Shown: positions 1 through 9,770 of the stretch, piece by piece
How positions within the stretch are numbered: position 1 is the first letter of the stretch
How the letters are laid out: every line of letters begins with the position of its first letter
DNA from: Takakia lepidozioides
Lineage: Eukaryota > Plantae > Bryophyta
Direction: 5' to 3'
Assembly (NCBI GenBank): GCA_030704615.1
Contig: CM060732.1
Coordinates: 32,426,001-32,490,000, forward strand
Length of the DNA stretch: 64,000 nucleotides
Notes under the pieces: model-generated
Databases searched by the model: none
Seen by the model: only the letters and a program-made list of their open reading frames with translations
What the model was told of the DNA's origin: nothing
Translations under genes and position numbers: made by a program

Positions 1-176
1 TTAAGTATTTTTTCAGTCTACTAATATCCACATTTTTACAAATTTTCAAAACCTCAAGTTTTTTCCAGATCTTAGATCCCTTCAGGTCCCTTTAGATCCA
101 TCAATTTATATATCGTTCACCATCCACTAACATTTACGTTGCAAAATCAAATTTTTTAATTTCATATAATCTTAAG

Positions 177-177
<1 letters not shown>

Positions 178-215
<38 letters not shown>
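178..215. repeat. (TTA)n microsatellite = (TAA)n 3' tail/target of LINE-A
   Basis: About 12 TTA units seen directly at the 3' end of the minus-strand LINE. Confidence 0.85.
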
Positions 216-532
216 TTATATTTTATATTTTTTAGAACAGGGACAGAGGCCCTGGTTAGGTTTATTGCAAATTATTCGGGGAAAAAAATTAAAACCCCCT
301 TTTACACCACGAGGCACACACACCCTTTTTCAGTGAAAGAACGAACCTTGACCCCATGTAGAGGGAATCTATCGAAACCCGACTTGACTAGAATCGAACT
401 AGCGACATTATCGGTTTCCTACCGATTTGTATCGACCATGATCGTGGACCTTCAAGTAAGTCTAGATTGTCAGAATAATAAAGCAGTTATGTGGGCATTA
501 AAAGTGTCTTCCTGAATATTGATCGAGGCTAC

Positions 533-640
533 CTATCCCTGGGTATAGTGAAGCCGTGAGGCTTTTGTGGAACACTTAAGATGTTTCCAATTAATGTCCC
601 TTTCAAACTCGGGAGATGCGGTGGAGTGCTGCACGAAGTC
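533..640 (-). CDS. candidate +1-frame micro-ORF overlapping the LINE-A ORF2 stop (..PEFERDINWKHLKCSTKASRLHYTQG*)
   Basis: Homologous peptide in the same +1 register in LINE-B (9679-9770) and LINE-C (34960-35058). Start/entry point unknown. Confidence 0.5.
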   Translation of the reverse strand, partial: DFVQHSTASPEFERDINWKHLKCSTKASRLHYTQG

Positions 641-2602
641 CCCTCCATGAGGGAGGTGGCGGGTCGGACCAGATGCAGGAGTCTGGGGATTCACTCTAGC
701 AAATGAGGCCCTGATTCCCCCAGGTGGAGCAGAACTTACGATGGCTGGCAGCTGCGATTCGAGGCTTCCGTTTGATATCTGCACATAACTGGGCCCATGC
801 CTTCCTGGATTCAGTACCAAGATCGTTAAAAACACAAGCGAGAAGAGCAGAAGTAGTAGTTGTTTCTCCAGAAAGGGTTTTTGTGCATCTTGCTTTCCAC
901 AGATGCCACAGGGTGCTACCCCTAAGTGTTTCAAAGACAGGACAAACAACCGCCGTGGTTTTGGTATTGGTATCATAGTTTAGAAGAAGATCAACAGCAG
1001 AGAGGTGCATGTGGTTCCAATTTGAGTAAAAGGTTTTGACAAGTGGCCATACTGTTGCCGGTGCATGACAATGAAGGAGGCAATGCTCCAAGCTTTCTAT
1101 GATTCCTGTTGCACAACAAGCACATAAGAGGGCATCCAGAAACTGCAACCATTCGCCTACTTTGAGGACTCTGTTAACTATTTGCCAGAGAAATGTAGAC
1201 ATCTTCGCTGGTCTCGATTTGTGCCATACCGACCTCCATATTGATGTCCAGTTTTCATCTCTGAAGCCATGGTGCTAATAATGCTTTGTATCCCTGTTTG
1301 GTTGTGTATGAGAAAAAAGGCTCTAGTTGCCTACCAAAATTCCATGTCCATTCTGAGGGATCAAACTGCAGCTCCGCCAAGGGCCTACCCAGTATCCACA
1401 TGAACGTGTTGGTTGTTAGCCAGGCAACAAGGGAAATCACTGGTGGCGGCTGTGGATCCATCTCTCTCAATGGGGCAGATGTCCAGCAACATACTCTGAT
1501 AGGTGTTATGGAGATGGGGGGAGAACCATCGACTGGGTTGAAGTCAGGTGGAGAACAAGTGTGACATTGTCAATGCTTAAGGTATGTACGACATGGTTGT
1601 TCAAAGTGGTCTGGCTAACAAAAAGCATTGTCAGCATGTTGTTGAGGATTGCGAGTGCCCAATAGTTGTAAGAAGGTCAAATCGGTCATGTCTGCAATTT
1701 CCCCAGCCATTGCTGATCCACAGATTGAATGAGCTCTGAGTATGATCTTCCTATCCTTGCATTGCCAAGAACTGCCGCAGTCGTGTTTTGTGGCTTTAGA
1801 GCATCATTCTGCCAAAGATGGCCAATCTGTGAAATCCCTAACTCATCCCAGGCAGACCAACGGCTGGCCTCTTTTCATTGGGAGGGTGTGGGCTTGTTGG
1901 TATTCAAGAAGAGGTTCTGCCTGAGGATCTCGAAGTAAGTGGATGGTTGTGCTTTCTGTAGAAAGCCCCTCAGCTTACTCCAGGCATGCCAAATAGCGTT
2001 CCATAGCACAGATCCAGGCTTTTTGTGCTTAAAACCATGAACTATCCAGCGGAAAGAGGGGGACCAGGAGATGTTTTTAAGTGGAGAGGCAAGAAGTATG
2101 CTATCCGCCACCAGAAATTTCCACCACCCTCCCTCGGGTCCCATGAAATGGGGAATCCACTTGCCCAATAGAGCGTTGATCTGTGTCTCGGGGTCTAGAA
2201 CGCCGAGCCCTCCCAATTTTTTGGGGAGGCATATTTGGCTCCAAACAACCTGGGGTCTTTTTTGTTGAGAAGAGGTTTCTGCCCCCCATACGTAGTTTCT
2301 GAGCATTCTCTTGATCTGCTGGATCTGAGCTTTGTTGGGTCTCCAGGAACTGGCATAAAACCAGATTCCTACTTCTAATATTTGATTAGTTGTGAGAGCT
2401 CGACCTGTGATAGTAAGATGTTTGGATCCCCAATATGCCATTTTGTGCCTGAGTTTCGAGAGGATAGGTTCAAACATTTGCTGGTCCGTGAGATCTATGC
2501 CAAATGTGTAGCCAAGAAGCTTTGTAGTTTGTCCTGGTTTCAGCCATGTGAGGCCTAAGTGTTGTCCCCAGGTTGGATCTACCCCAAGGTCTGAGCTGAA
2601 TT
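603..2602 (-). pseudogene. LINE-A ORF2 C-terminal half (post-RT region and zf-RVT), frameshifted with stops
   Basis: Motifs KLLGY..LTITGRALTTNQ..WSQICLPKKLGGLG (1875-2639 ORF) and FLWQIVNRVL..CACC..ESLEHCLLHC..WHLWKARC (696-1202 ORF). Reading past the TAG at 696-698, the frame ends at TGA 603-605. Confidence 0.9.
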
Positions 2603-2864
2603 CCTGGGGGGTGCACTTTTTATAAAATGTGCGTATCACGTGCGTTCGCCGACTAATAAAAAAACCCCTGTATACGGGTCCTCGGATAATTTATATCCCC
2701 TCTGTACATACTTTTTGAGGATTATAAAATCCTCTCCTGTACATATACAAAAATTTATAATTTAAAAAAAAAACCCCCTCTATATGTATATTCTCCTTTT
2801 CAATCATTAAAAAATACCCTCAAATATGCATATGTATGTTTTTATATTATATCAAGTTTATTCA

Positions 2865-3369
2865 TTAAAAAACATCGTAGAGGGCGGCCTCAGTGTCCAC
2901 GCTTATGATGGTGTCCTCAACCGGCTCGAAGACGTTGAGAGAGCCTATGAACGTGCCAAAACTTGCTCCTATCTCAGGGAGTGAAGTGAGGTAAGTGGCG
3001 GGGAGAAAAGGGATTGCAATTACCTGGTCATATGGTCGGTTGGGATGGATCTGTCTTGGCATGCCCCCGTTTTTTTTCGTCTTTTTGGAGAGTTGTCCTT
3101 TTTTAAGGACCTCCGTGTCCATTTCTCGAGATGCCTCAACAGTAGTGCTTGGAGCTGCTGATTTGGCAAGTTTAGGGTAGTTTGATTTTACGTGCCCCTC
3201 CCCGTTGCAAGCAAAACAGATGGTGGAATCAGCTCTTCATGGATAGAGACCACAATAAAGGAGTCATCTAGTGTATAGAGCTTGATTGAGAACCCAATGT
3301 GCCGTTTCTGGCATGAGAACAACGATTTTTGGCACTCCATTATCCCTTGTGATTATTGAAGTATCATGG
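2865..3369 (-). pseudogene. LINE ORF1-like fragment (degenerate CCHC zinc knuckle) inside the TIR element
   Basis: Minus strand ~3175-3230 reads DSTICFACNGEGHVKSNYP (CX2CX4HX4C with last C->Y). Confidence 0.6.
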
Positions 3370-3424
3370 GTCATCTGCTGCTATAGCGGCATTACATGTT
3401 GAAGACGCGTCGGGAGGGAATGCG

Positions 3425-3585
3425 TCTGGGACAGCCGAGTCTGCCATCCAGCAGACTCCCATCCAGCAGACTCCCATTCAGCACGCCGTCATCCAGCAGA
3501 CTCCCGTTCAGTAGCCTGTCATCCAGCAGACTCCAAGAGAGCAGACTCCCAACAAGCAGCATGTCATCCTGCAGACTCCTCTCCA
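3425..3585. repeat. short minisatellite built on (T)CCAGCAGACTCC
   Basis: About 6 copies of cagactcc at 15-30 bp spacing. Confidence 0.8.
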
Positions 3586-4140
3586 GGAGCCCACAATAAA
3601 TTAATTAAAAGGATATCTATTTGCCCTTGATAAGATTGTCAAAGACTTTCCGCTCATTGTAATTGTGTTTTTCTCCAACACCACATATCTTCCATAATAC
3701 TAATAAGTTGAGCCAGCTTATAGAGTAGTTTTTAAGCTACCTACCATGCTGATTAAATACTAAATAGTACGATGGTTTCAGTTCTGAATCAGAATGTATT
3801 GTTCAAGACATCTTATCTCCAAGAGTCTGGGGTTTTCAGATGTATAATGTTATCTTTGGATTAACCACCAAATGGTACAATGTATACTCTTATCTATGGC
3901 TGGTGAACAGAACCATGCCAGTATATTCTATATACTTTAATGATAAAGAGCACTAAGAGTATGTGTTGAACTCAAGGCTGGTACAGATGTAAGTTGCTTG
4001 GGGAAGTGAAAGCCTAAGTAATAAAGGGCATTGGGAATTGCAGAGTTCAACATGGAATTTTAGGGCCAATTCTCATAAGAGAGAAGAACAGGGTGAAATG
4101 TATCCCTTAGTGATTTTCCTTCCCTAGATAATTTGGACTC

Positions 4141-6300
4141 TCAGAATGACACAAAGTACAACAATTCCAGCTTTTGACAATGTCACCGTGGACCTCTTCC
4201 CCCTTTTCCAGGTCTGCCCCACACTCCCTTTGCATCCTCTACGCACCCGCATTTGGCAGACCTGTCCACCAGGGCACTATTCAGAATGACATAAGGTACA
4301 ATTCCAGCTTTTGACAATGTCACCGTGGACCTCAGCTTCCCCCTTTCCAGGTCTGCCCCACACTCCCTTTGCATCCTCTACGCACCCGCATTTGGCAGAC
4401 CTGTCCACCAGGGCACTGTTCAGATGACATAATGTACAATTCCAGCTTTTGATAATGTCACCATGGACCTCAGCTTCCCCCTTTCCAGGTCTGCCCCACA
4501 CTCCATTTGCATCCTCTACGCACCCGCATTTGGCAGACCTGTCCACCAGGGCACTATTCAGGATGACATAAGGTACAATTCCAGCTTTTGACAATGTCAC
4601 CGTGGACCTCTTCCCCCATTTCCAGGTCTGCCCCACACTCCCTTTGCATCCTCTACGCACCCGCATTTGGCAGACTTGTCCACCAGGGCACTATTCAGAA
4701 TGACATAAGGTACAATTCCAGCTTTTGACAATGTCACCATGGACCTCAGCTTCCCCCTTTCCAGGTCTGCCCCACACTCCCTTTGCATCCTCTACGCACC
4801 CGCATTTGGCAGACCTGTCCACCAGGGCACTGTTCAGATGACATAATGTACAATTCCAGCTTTTGATAATGTCACCATGGACCTCAGCTTCCCCCTTTCC
4901 AGGTCTGCCCCACACTCCCTTTGCATCCTCTACGCACCCGCATTTGGCAGACCTGTCCACCAGGGCACTATTCAGGATGACATAAGGTACAATTCCAGCT
5001 TTTGACAATGTCACCGTGGACCTCTTCCCCCATTTCCAGGTCTGCCCCACACTCCCTTTGCATCCTCTACGCACCCGCATTTGGCAGACTTGTCCACCAG
5101 GGCACTATTCAGAATGACATAAGGTACAATTCCAGCTTTTGACAATGTCACCATGGACCTCAGCTTCCCCCTTTCCAGGTCTGCCCCACACTCCCTTTGC
5201 ATCCTCTACGCACCCGCATTTGGCAGACCTGTCCACCAGGGCACTGTTCAGATGACATAATGTACAATTCCAGCTTTTGATAATGTCACCATGGACCTCA
5301 GCTTCCCCCTTTCCAGGTCTGCCCCACACTCCCTTTGCATCCTCTACGCACCCGCATTTGGCAGACCTGTCCACCAGGGCACTATTCAGGATGACATAAG
5401 GTACAATTCCAGCTTTTGACAATGTCACCGTGGACCTCTTCCCCCTTTTCCAGGTCTGCCCAACACTCCCTTTGCATCCTCTACGCACCCGCATTTGGCA
5501 GACCTGTCCACCAGGGCACTATTCAGAATGACATAAGGTACAATTCCAGCTTTTGACAATGTCACCATGGACCTCAGCTTCCCCTTTCCAGGTCTGCCCC
5601 ACACTCCCTTTGCATCCTCTACGCACCCGCATTTGGCAGACCTGTCCACCAGGGGGCACTATTCAGAATGACATAAGGTACATTAATTTCAGCTTTTGAC
5701 AATGTCACCATGCACCTCTTCCCCCTTTCCAGGTCTGCCCCACACACCCTTTGCATCCTCTACGCACCCGCATTTGGCAGACCTGTCCACCAGGGCACTA
5801 TTCAGATAACATAAGGTACAATTCCAACTTCTGACAATGTCACCATGGCTCTTCCCCATTTTCCAGGTCTGCCCAACACTCCATTTGCATCCTCTACGCA
5901 CCCGCATTTGGCAGAACTGTCCACCATGGCACTATTCAGAATGATATAGGTACAATTCCAGCTTTTGACAGTGTCACCATGGACCTCTTCCCCCTTTTCT
6001 AAGTTTGCCCCACACTCCATTTGCATCCTCTACGCACCCGCATTCGGCAGACCTGTCCACCAGGGCACTGTTCAGATGACATAAGGTACAATTCCAGCTT
6101 TTGACAATGTCACCATGGACCTCTTCCCCCTTTTCCAGGTTTTCCCCACACTCCCTTTGCATCCTCTATGCACCCGCATTTGGCAGACCTCTCCACCAGG
6201 GGGCACTATTCAAAATGACATAAGGTACATTAATTTCAGCTTTTAACAATGTCACCATGCACCTCTTCCCCCTTTTCCATGTCTGCCCAACAGTACTCCA
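4141..6300 (-). repeat. tandem array of ~16 x ~138-bp units derived from a PLS-class PPR gene, with 414-bp (3-unit) higher-order period
   Basis: Unit starts near 4141, 4281, 4420, 4558, 4695, 4834, 4972, 5109, 5248, 5386, 5523, 5662, 5802, 5936, 6072, 6210. Unit translates to EEVHGDIVKAGIVPYVILNSALVDRSAKCGCVEDAKGV. ORF-track hits recur at 4183/4597/5011/5425. Confidence 0.92.
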
Positions 6301-6464
6301 TTTGAATGGACTCTATGCACCAACTTTCTGAATCTTGAGGCTGAGCCAAAGCTCAGCCCCTAAATCACCCTCTCTGCACTAGACTTAATTCAAACTCAGG
6401 GGGGGAACCCGACCTTTGCTCCATCACTATGCTCCATGACACCACATTGCATACACAACCCCTT

Positions 6465-6921
6465 AGCTGCCCATCACTCCCTTTGCATCTTACACATACC
6501 CACATTTGACATACATGTCCGCCAGGGCAGCTTTCATAATGACATCTGATACAATCACTACAGCTTTGACGATGCCACCGTGGACCTCTTCTCCAATCTC
6601 CAGGGCTGCCAAGCTTGTACATGTGCTCAGAGGTCTCCAAAGCCTCCCTCCTCTGCCCTTGTAGCGCTTATAGCATGCCACCATCACGCTCTATGACACC
6701 ACATTCCGTTCAGCCATACTGCCCAACACCCCCTTTAATGCATCCTTCATGCACCCGCATTTGGCATACATGTCCACCACGGCACTGGTCAGATTGACAT
6801 CTGATACAATCCCAGCTTTGATGATGCCACCATGGACCTCCTCATTTTCCAGGGCTGCCAGGATCGCACACGCATTGCAAAAACAAACGAATGTGACTGG
6901 CCTGGGCTGGAAGAATACCAA
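6465..6921 (-). pseudogene. PLS-class PPR gene fragment (two degenerate repeat sets); likely source of the satellite
   Basis: QPRPVTFVCFCNACAILAALENEEVHGGIIKAGIVSDVNLTSAVVDMYAKCGCMKDA..ERNVVS and CTSLAALEIGEEVHGGIVKA..DMYVKCG. Confidence 0.88.
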
Positions 6922-7330
6922 ATCATGGTACTAACAGGAGGCAAGAGCCCGCATTTCCAGGATGGACAAACTTCTTCACATTGTACCTTAAGAAAACGCC
7001 ACACCTTGCGACTGCAGTTGTCCCACCATCGTGAAGGATCTTTAAAAAACTTTTGTCAGCTCTGCTCCGTGCTGCAAATTCAGGGGCGCCGAGTGTGATG
7101 AGAGGGAAAAACAGGCTGAAATAGGTCGAAGAAGAAGGTGCCCTCACCACATTGTCCTTGACCTTGTGTTGTGACCCATGGAGGATTTGACCTCCCATCA
7201 ACCCCAAAATGATCTCTTCTGTGTGCTGCTGATGGCTGTAGTCAGGTAATGTCGGATTGGTCTTTGAGAACCACCACAGTGCAGCTGAGCAAGCAGAGAT
7301 TGAAACACGGCTTGCTAAGACCAAGCTGAC
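6922..7330 (-). pseudogene. probable upstream part of the LINE ORF1-like fragment continued at 3369
   Basis: 7-bp direct repeat ATCATGG at 3363-3369 and 6922-6928 brackets the PPR-containing insert, and coding-like sequence continues across it. Family assignment is weak. Confidence 0.4.
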
Positions 7331-7682
7331 CCTCCCAAGAACCTTGTAAACATCAAGAAGAATACCATGCCCTGCGGTCGACCACCCACCCACGAACGCG
7401 GGAGAGGAGGGGAGAGGAGATGAGAGGAGATGAGAGGAGAGGAGGAAAAAGAGAGAGCAAAAAAAAGGATACCTCGATTTGATCCCGCCGTGCATCGCGG
7501 ACTAAACGATGTCCTTACCACTAGACTACCCCTTACAATTCAACAACCCCCTCCTGTAACATTATATTTAACGTGTTTTAAATCCCCCTATTTATGTATA
7601 ATGTTGTACATGGGGGGTTTAAAATACCCCCTCCTGTGCACGCACGTGGCTGGTACATATTGGCTGGAGTGCACCCCCCAGG

Positions 7683-7892
7683 GCTGAATTGATCTCCAAC
7701 AAGCAAGGCACAAGTCTTTCCCCAATTTACCTTGAATCTCGAGGCCGAGCAAAACATATGTAATGTTTCCACGGCTCTATCCAGGTTCTGAGAGCAGGCT
7801 TGCAGGATCAGAAAAGTGTCATCTACATACATCGAATCCTTGACTTGTGCTGGTTGTTGTGTGATGTAGTTGTTGACTCTAAGCCCGGCCAA
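7683..7892 (-). pseudogene. LINE-A RT catalytic segment
   Basis: SMYVDDTFLIL..FCSASRFKVNWGKT (YxDD motif). Confidence 0.9.
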
Positions 7893-8718
7893 TTGGGCGT
7901 TGTGTTCGAGGGCATACCCTAGAGCTTACATCGGCTTCCAGCCACTTCAAAGCCTTGTACCAAACTGACCTTACCAGCCTGGAACCTTCCCGGCTGCAAA
8001 ACAGCTGCCTGGCCAGTACCCCATCCATTTTGACCCAGCTCTCTGCAGTAGTGCTAGAAGGGGATTTCACGGACATAGAATTGGGAGATGCGCTAAAAAA
8101 GCTAAAAAATAACAAGGCACCTGGAATTGATGTCATGACGGTTGAATTTTACAAGGCTCTATGGCCAAAGCTATCCGAGGACTTCACTCTAATGGCCAAC
8201 TTTATTTTCAACCGCAAGGAGATGTCATCAGCTATGTCCCAAGGTGTCATAACCTTGTTGTATAAAAAAGGGGATAGAACCAATCTCTCTAACTATAGGC
8301 CCATCACCTTGTTGAATGTCGCTTACAAAATCATCGCTAAAGCCTTGGCCCTCTGCCTCCAACCTCTTCTGCCCACTCTTATCAAACCCAATCAAACGGG
8401 ATTTATCAAGGGCCGTTATATCATGGATAACCTTCTTTTGGCTCAAGAGATTCCAAACTACGCAAAAAAAACAAACCAAGCCATAGCCCTTCTTCTACTA
8501 GACTGAAAAAGCGTTTGACAGGGTGGAGTGGTCCTTTTTGCTTGTTGCAATGGCAAAAATTGGGTTTCCACAATCCTTCACTCAATGGGTCAAGATTTTG
8601 CTTTCAACATCCACCAGTAGAGTCACGGTTAACCGGGCACTGTCCAAGCCCTTTCTTCTTCGGAGGTCAGTTCGGCAAGGCTGTCCACTGTCCCCATTTC
8701 TATTCCTCATAGTAGCGG
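7893..8718 (+). pseudogene. LINE-A RT N-terminal segment, inverted relative to the rest of the element
   Basis: KAPGID..EFYKALW..NYRPITLLNVAYKIIAK..QTGFIKGR..LD*KAFDRVEW..RQGCPLSPFLFLIVA. It ends about 12 codons before the sequence that begins the minus-strand segment at 7892. Confidence 0.9.
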
Positions 8719-8956
8719 TTATTATTATTATTATTTATCATATACCTTTATATAATGTTATTTATAATTTATAATTCTGATTCATGATGATATGTATTTT
8801 TTATATTATTATTATTAATATATATTTTCACCCCCTATTTTTTATGCGATATCATTATAGTTTATCAAAATCTAACTAAAGTTAATTTAATTATAACAAG
8901 GAAAAACTTGTAATCATTTATAACTCAAAATACATATTTTATACGCAAATTACTTC

Positions 8957-9226
8957 TTGAACATGGATATAAATGTTGTCTTGAATTCTAAAAATCTCGA
9001 ACGAGTAAAACATTATCCGTATGTCTTGAGTGATTGTTTGTTCGACTCTATTGCATTTTTATTGGATTATGAGTATGCATCGAAAGAGTTGCGACAACAA
9101 AGCATGACTTATTTTTTACAAAATTATCAAACCTCCAATGACGATATGTTGGAGATGGTTCAAATACATTTTTCTCCAAAAATACTTTTTGTATTGCATG
9201 CGTCCATACTTTGCAAGAATAAATAA
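8957..9226 (+). pseudogene. OTU-like cysteine protease fragment in AT-rich DNA
   Basis: VLSDCLFDSIAFLL..SKELRQQSMTYF resembles the OTU D-x-x-C-L-F-x-S/A..LR motif. Truncated at the LINE-B tail. Confidence 0.4.
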
Positions 9227-9678
9227 ATATATATGTATTTTTAAAGAGAAAGGGGACGGAGGCCCTTTTACTCAAATTAATAAAAAAGAAAATAACAACA
9301 GGTGGAAAAAATAACCACCTAGGAAGGCCGTGAAGGCTAACGGAGGGGGAACTTCCCCGGAGCCAAAGCTAACTTGCTACATGAGGTGCTAGACAGGGGG
9401 GAAGATTTTTGGTAGCTAGAAGGTAAGAACGAGCATGTTGGATTATGGTTCCAAAGGGGGCAGCGAGAGCGGGGTGGTGGAATCAGGGGCAGTAGAAGAA
9501 GAAGTAAGCCGAGGCTGTTGCAGGCTGCCTGCATTCTACCTGCATGACAGAGGCAAATTAGGTGTGCCCCAAATCAGCAATGGAGATCAAAGCAATGTCA
9601 CTGAAGCACTTATGCGCTTCCAATAGGAGCCACTGTTTAAGCCAGCAGGGAACATCCTATGAAGCACACGTAAAAGAC

Positions 9679-9770
9679 CTAAAATCGAAGCTGAGTTCGG
9701 GACTTTGTAACGCGAGCCTTCTTATGTCTCCAATTAAAGTCACCGTCATCCCCATCACCAGGAGACCTCC
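9679..9770 (-). CDS. candidate +1-frame micro-ORF overlapping the LINE-B ORF2 stop (..GDGDDGDFNWRHKKARVTKSRTQLRF*)
   Basis: ORF2 stop at 9755-9757; peptide in +1 frame, homologous to those of LINE-A and LINE-C. Confidence 0.55.

Larger units (their letters stand above)
2603..7682. mobile_element. non-autonomous hAT-like 'Pack' DNA transposon, 5080 bp
   Basis: Perfect 15-bp TIR CCTGGGGGGTGCACT (2603-2617) / AGTGCACCCCCCAGG (7668-7682). 8-bp TSD GCTGAATT (2595-2602, 7683-7690). CCCCTC(C)TGTA-like subterminal repeats at both ends. Removing it restores LINE-A ORF2 (..VGDQFS|SDLGVDP..). No transposase seen. Confidence 0.9.
176..8735 (-). mobile_element. LINE-A: L1/Tx1-like non-LTR retrotransposon, 5'-truncated with inverted 5' segment, interrupted by a TIR element (coordinates include candidate TSDs)
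   Basis: RT and zf-RVT-like ORF2 pieces at 603-2602(-), 7683-7892(-) and 7893-8718(+). (TAA)n tail at ~178-215. 19-bp direct repeat GGTTATTATTATTATTATT at 176-194 and 8717-8735 (partly low complexity). Confidence 0.85.

Noticed and set aside
4141-6300. CRISPR array or functional PPR tract
   Set aside because: Units are contiguous with no unique spacers and no cas genes; indels break the reading frame every 1-2 units.
3370-6921. Inner PPR insert as a Helitron or retrocopy
   Set aside because: No CTRR end or hairpin and no poly-A; only a 7-bp direct repeat, so the mechanism is left open.
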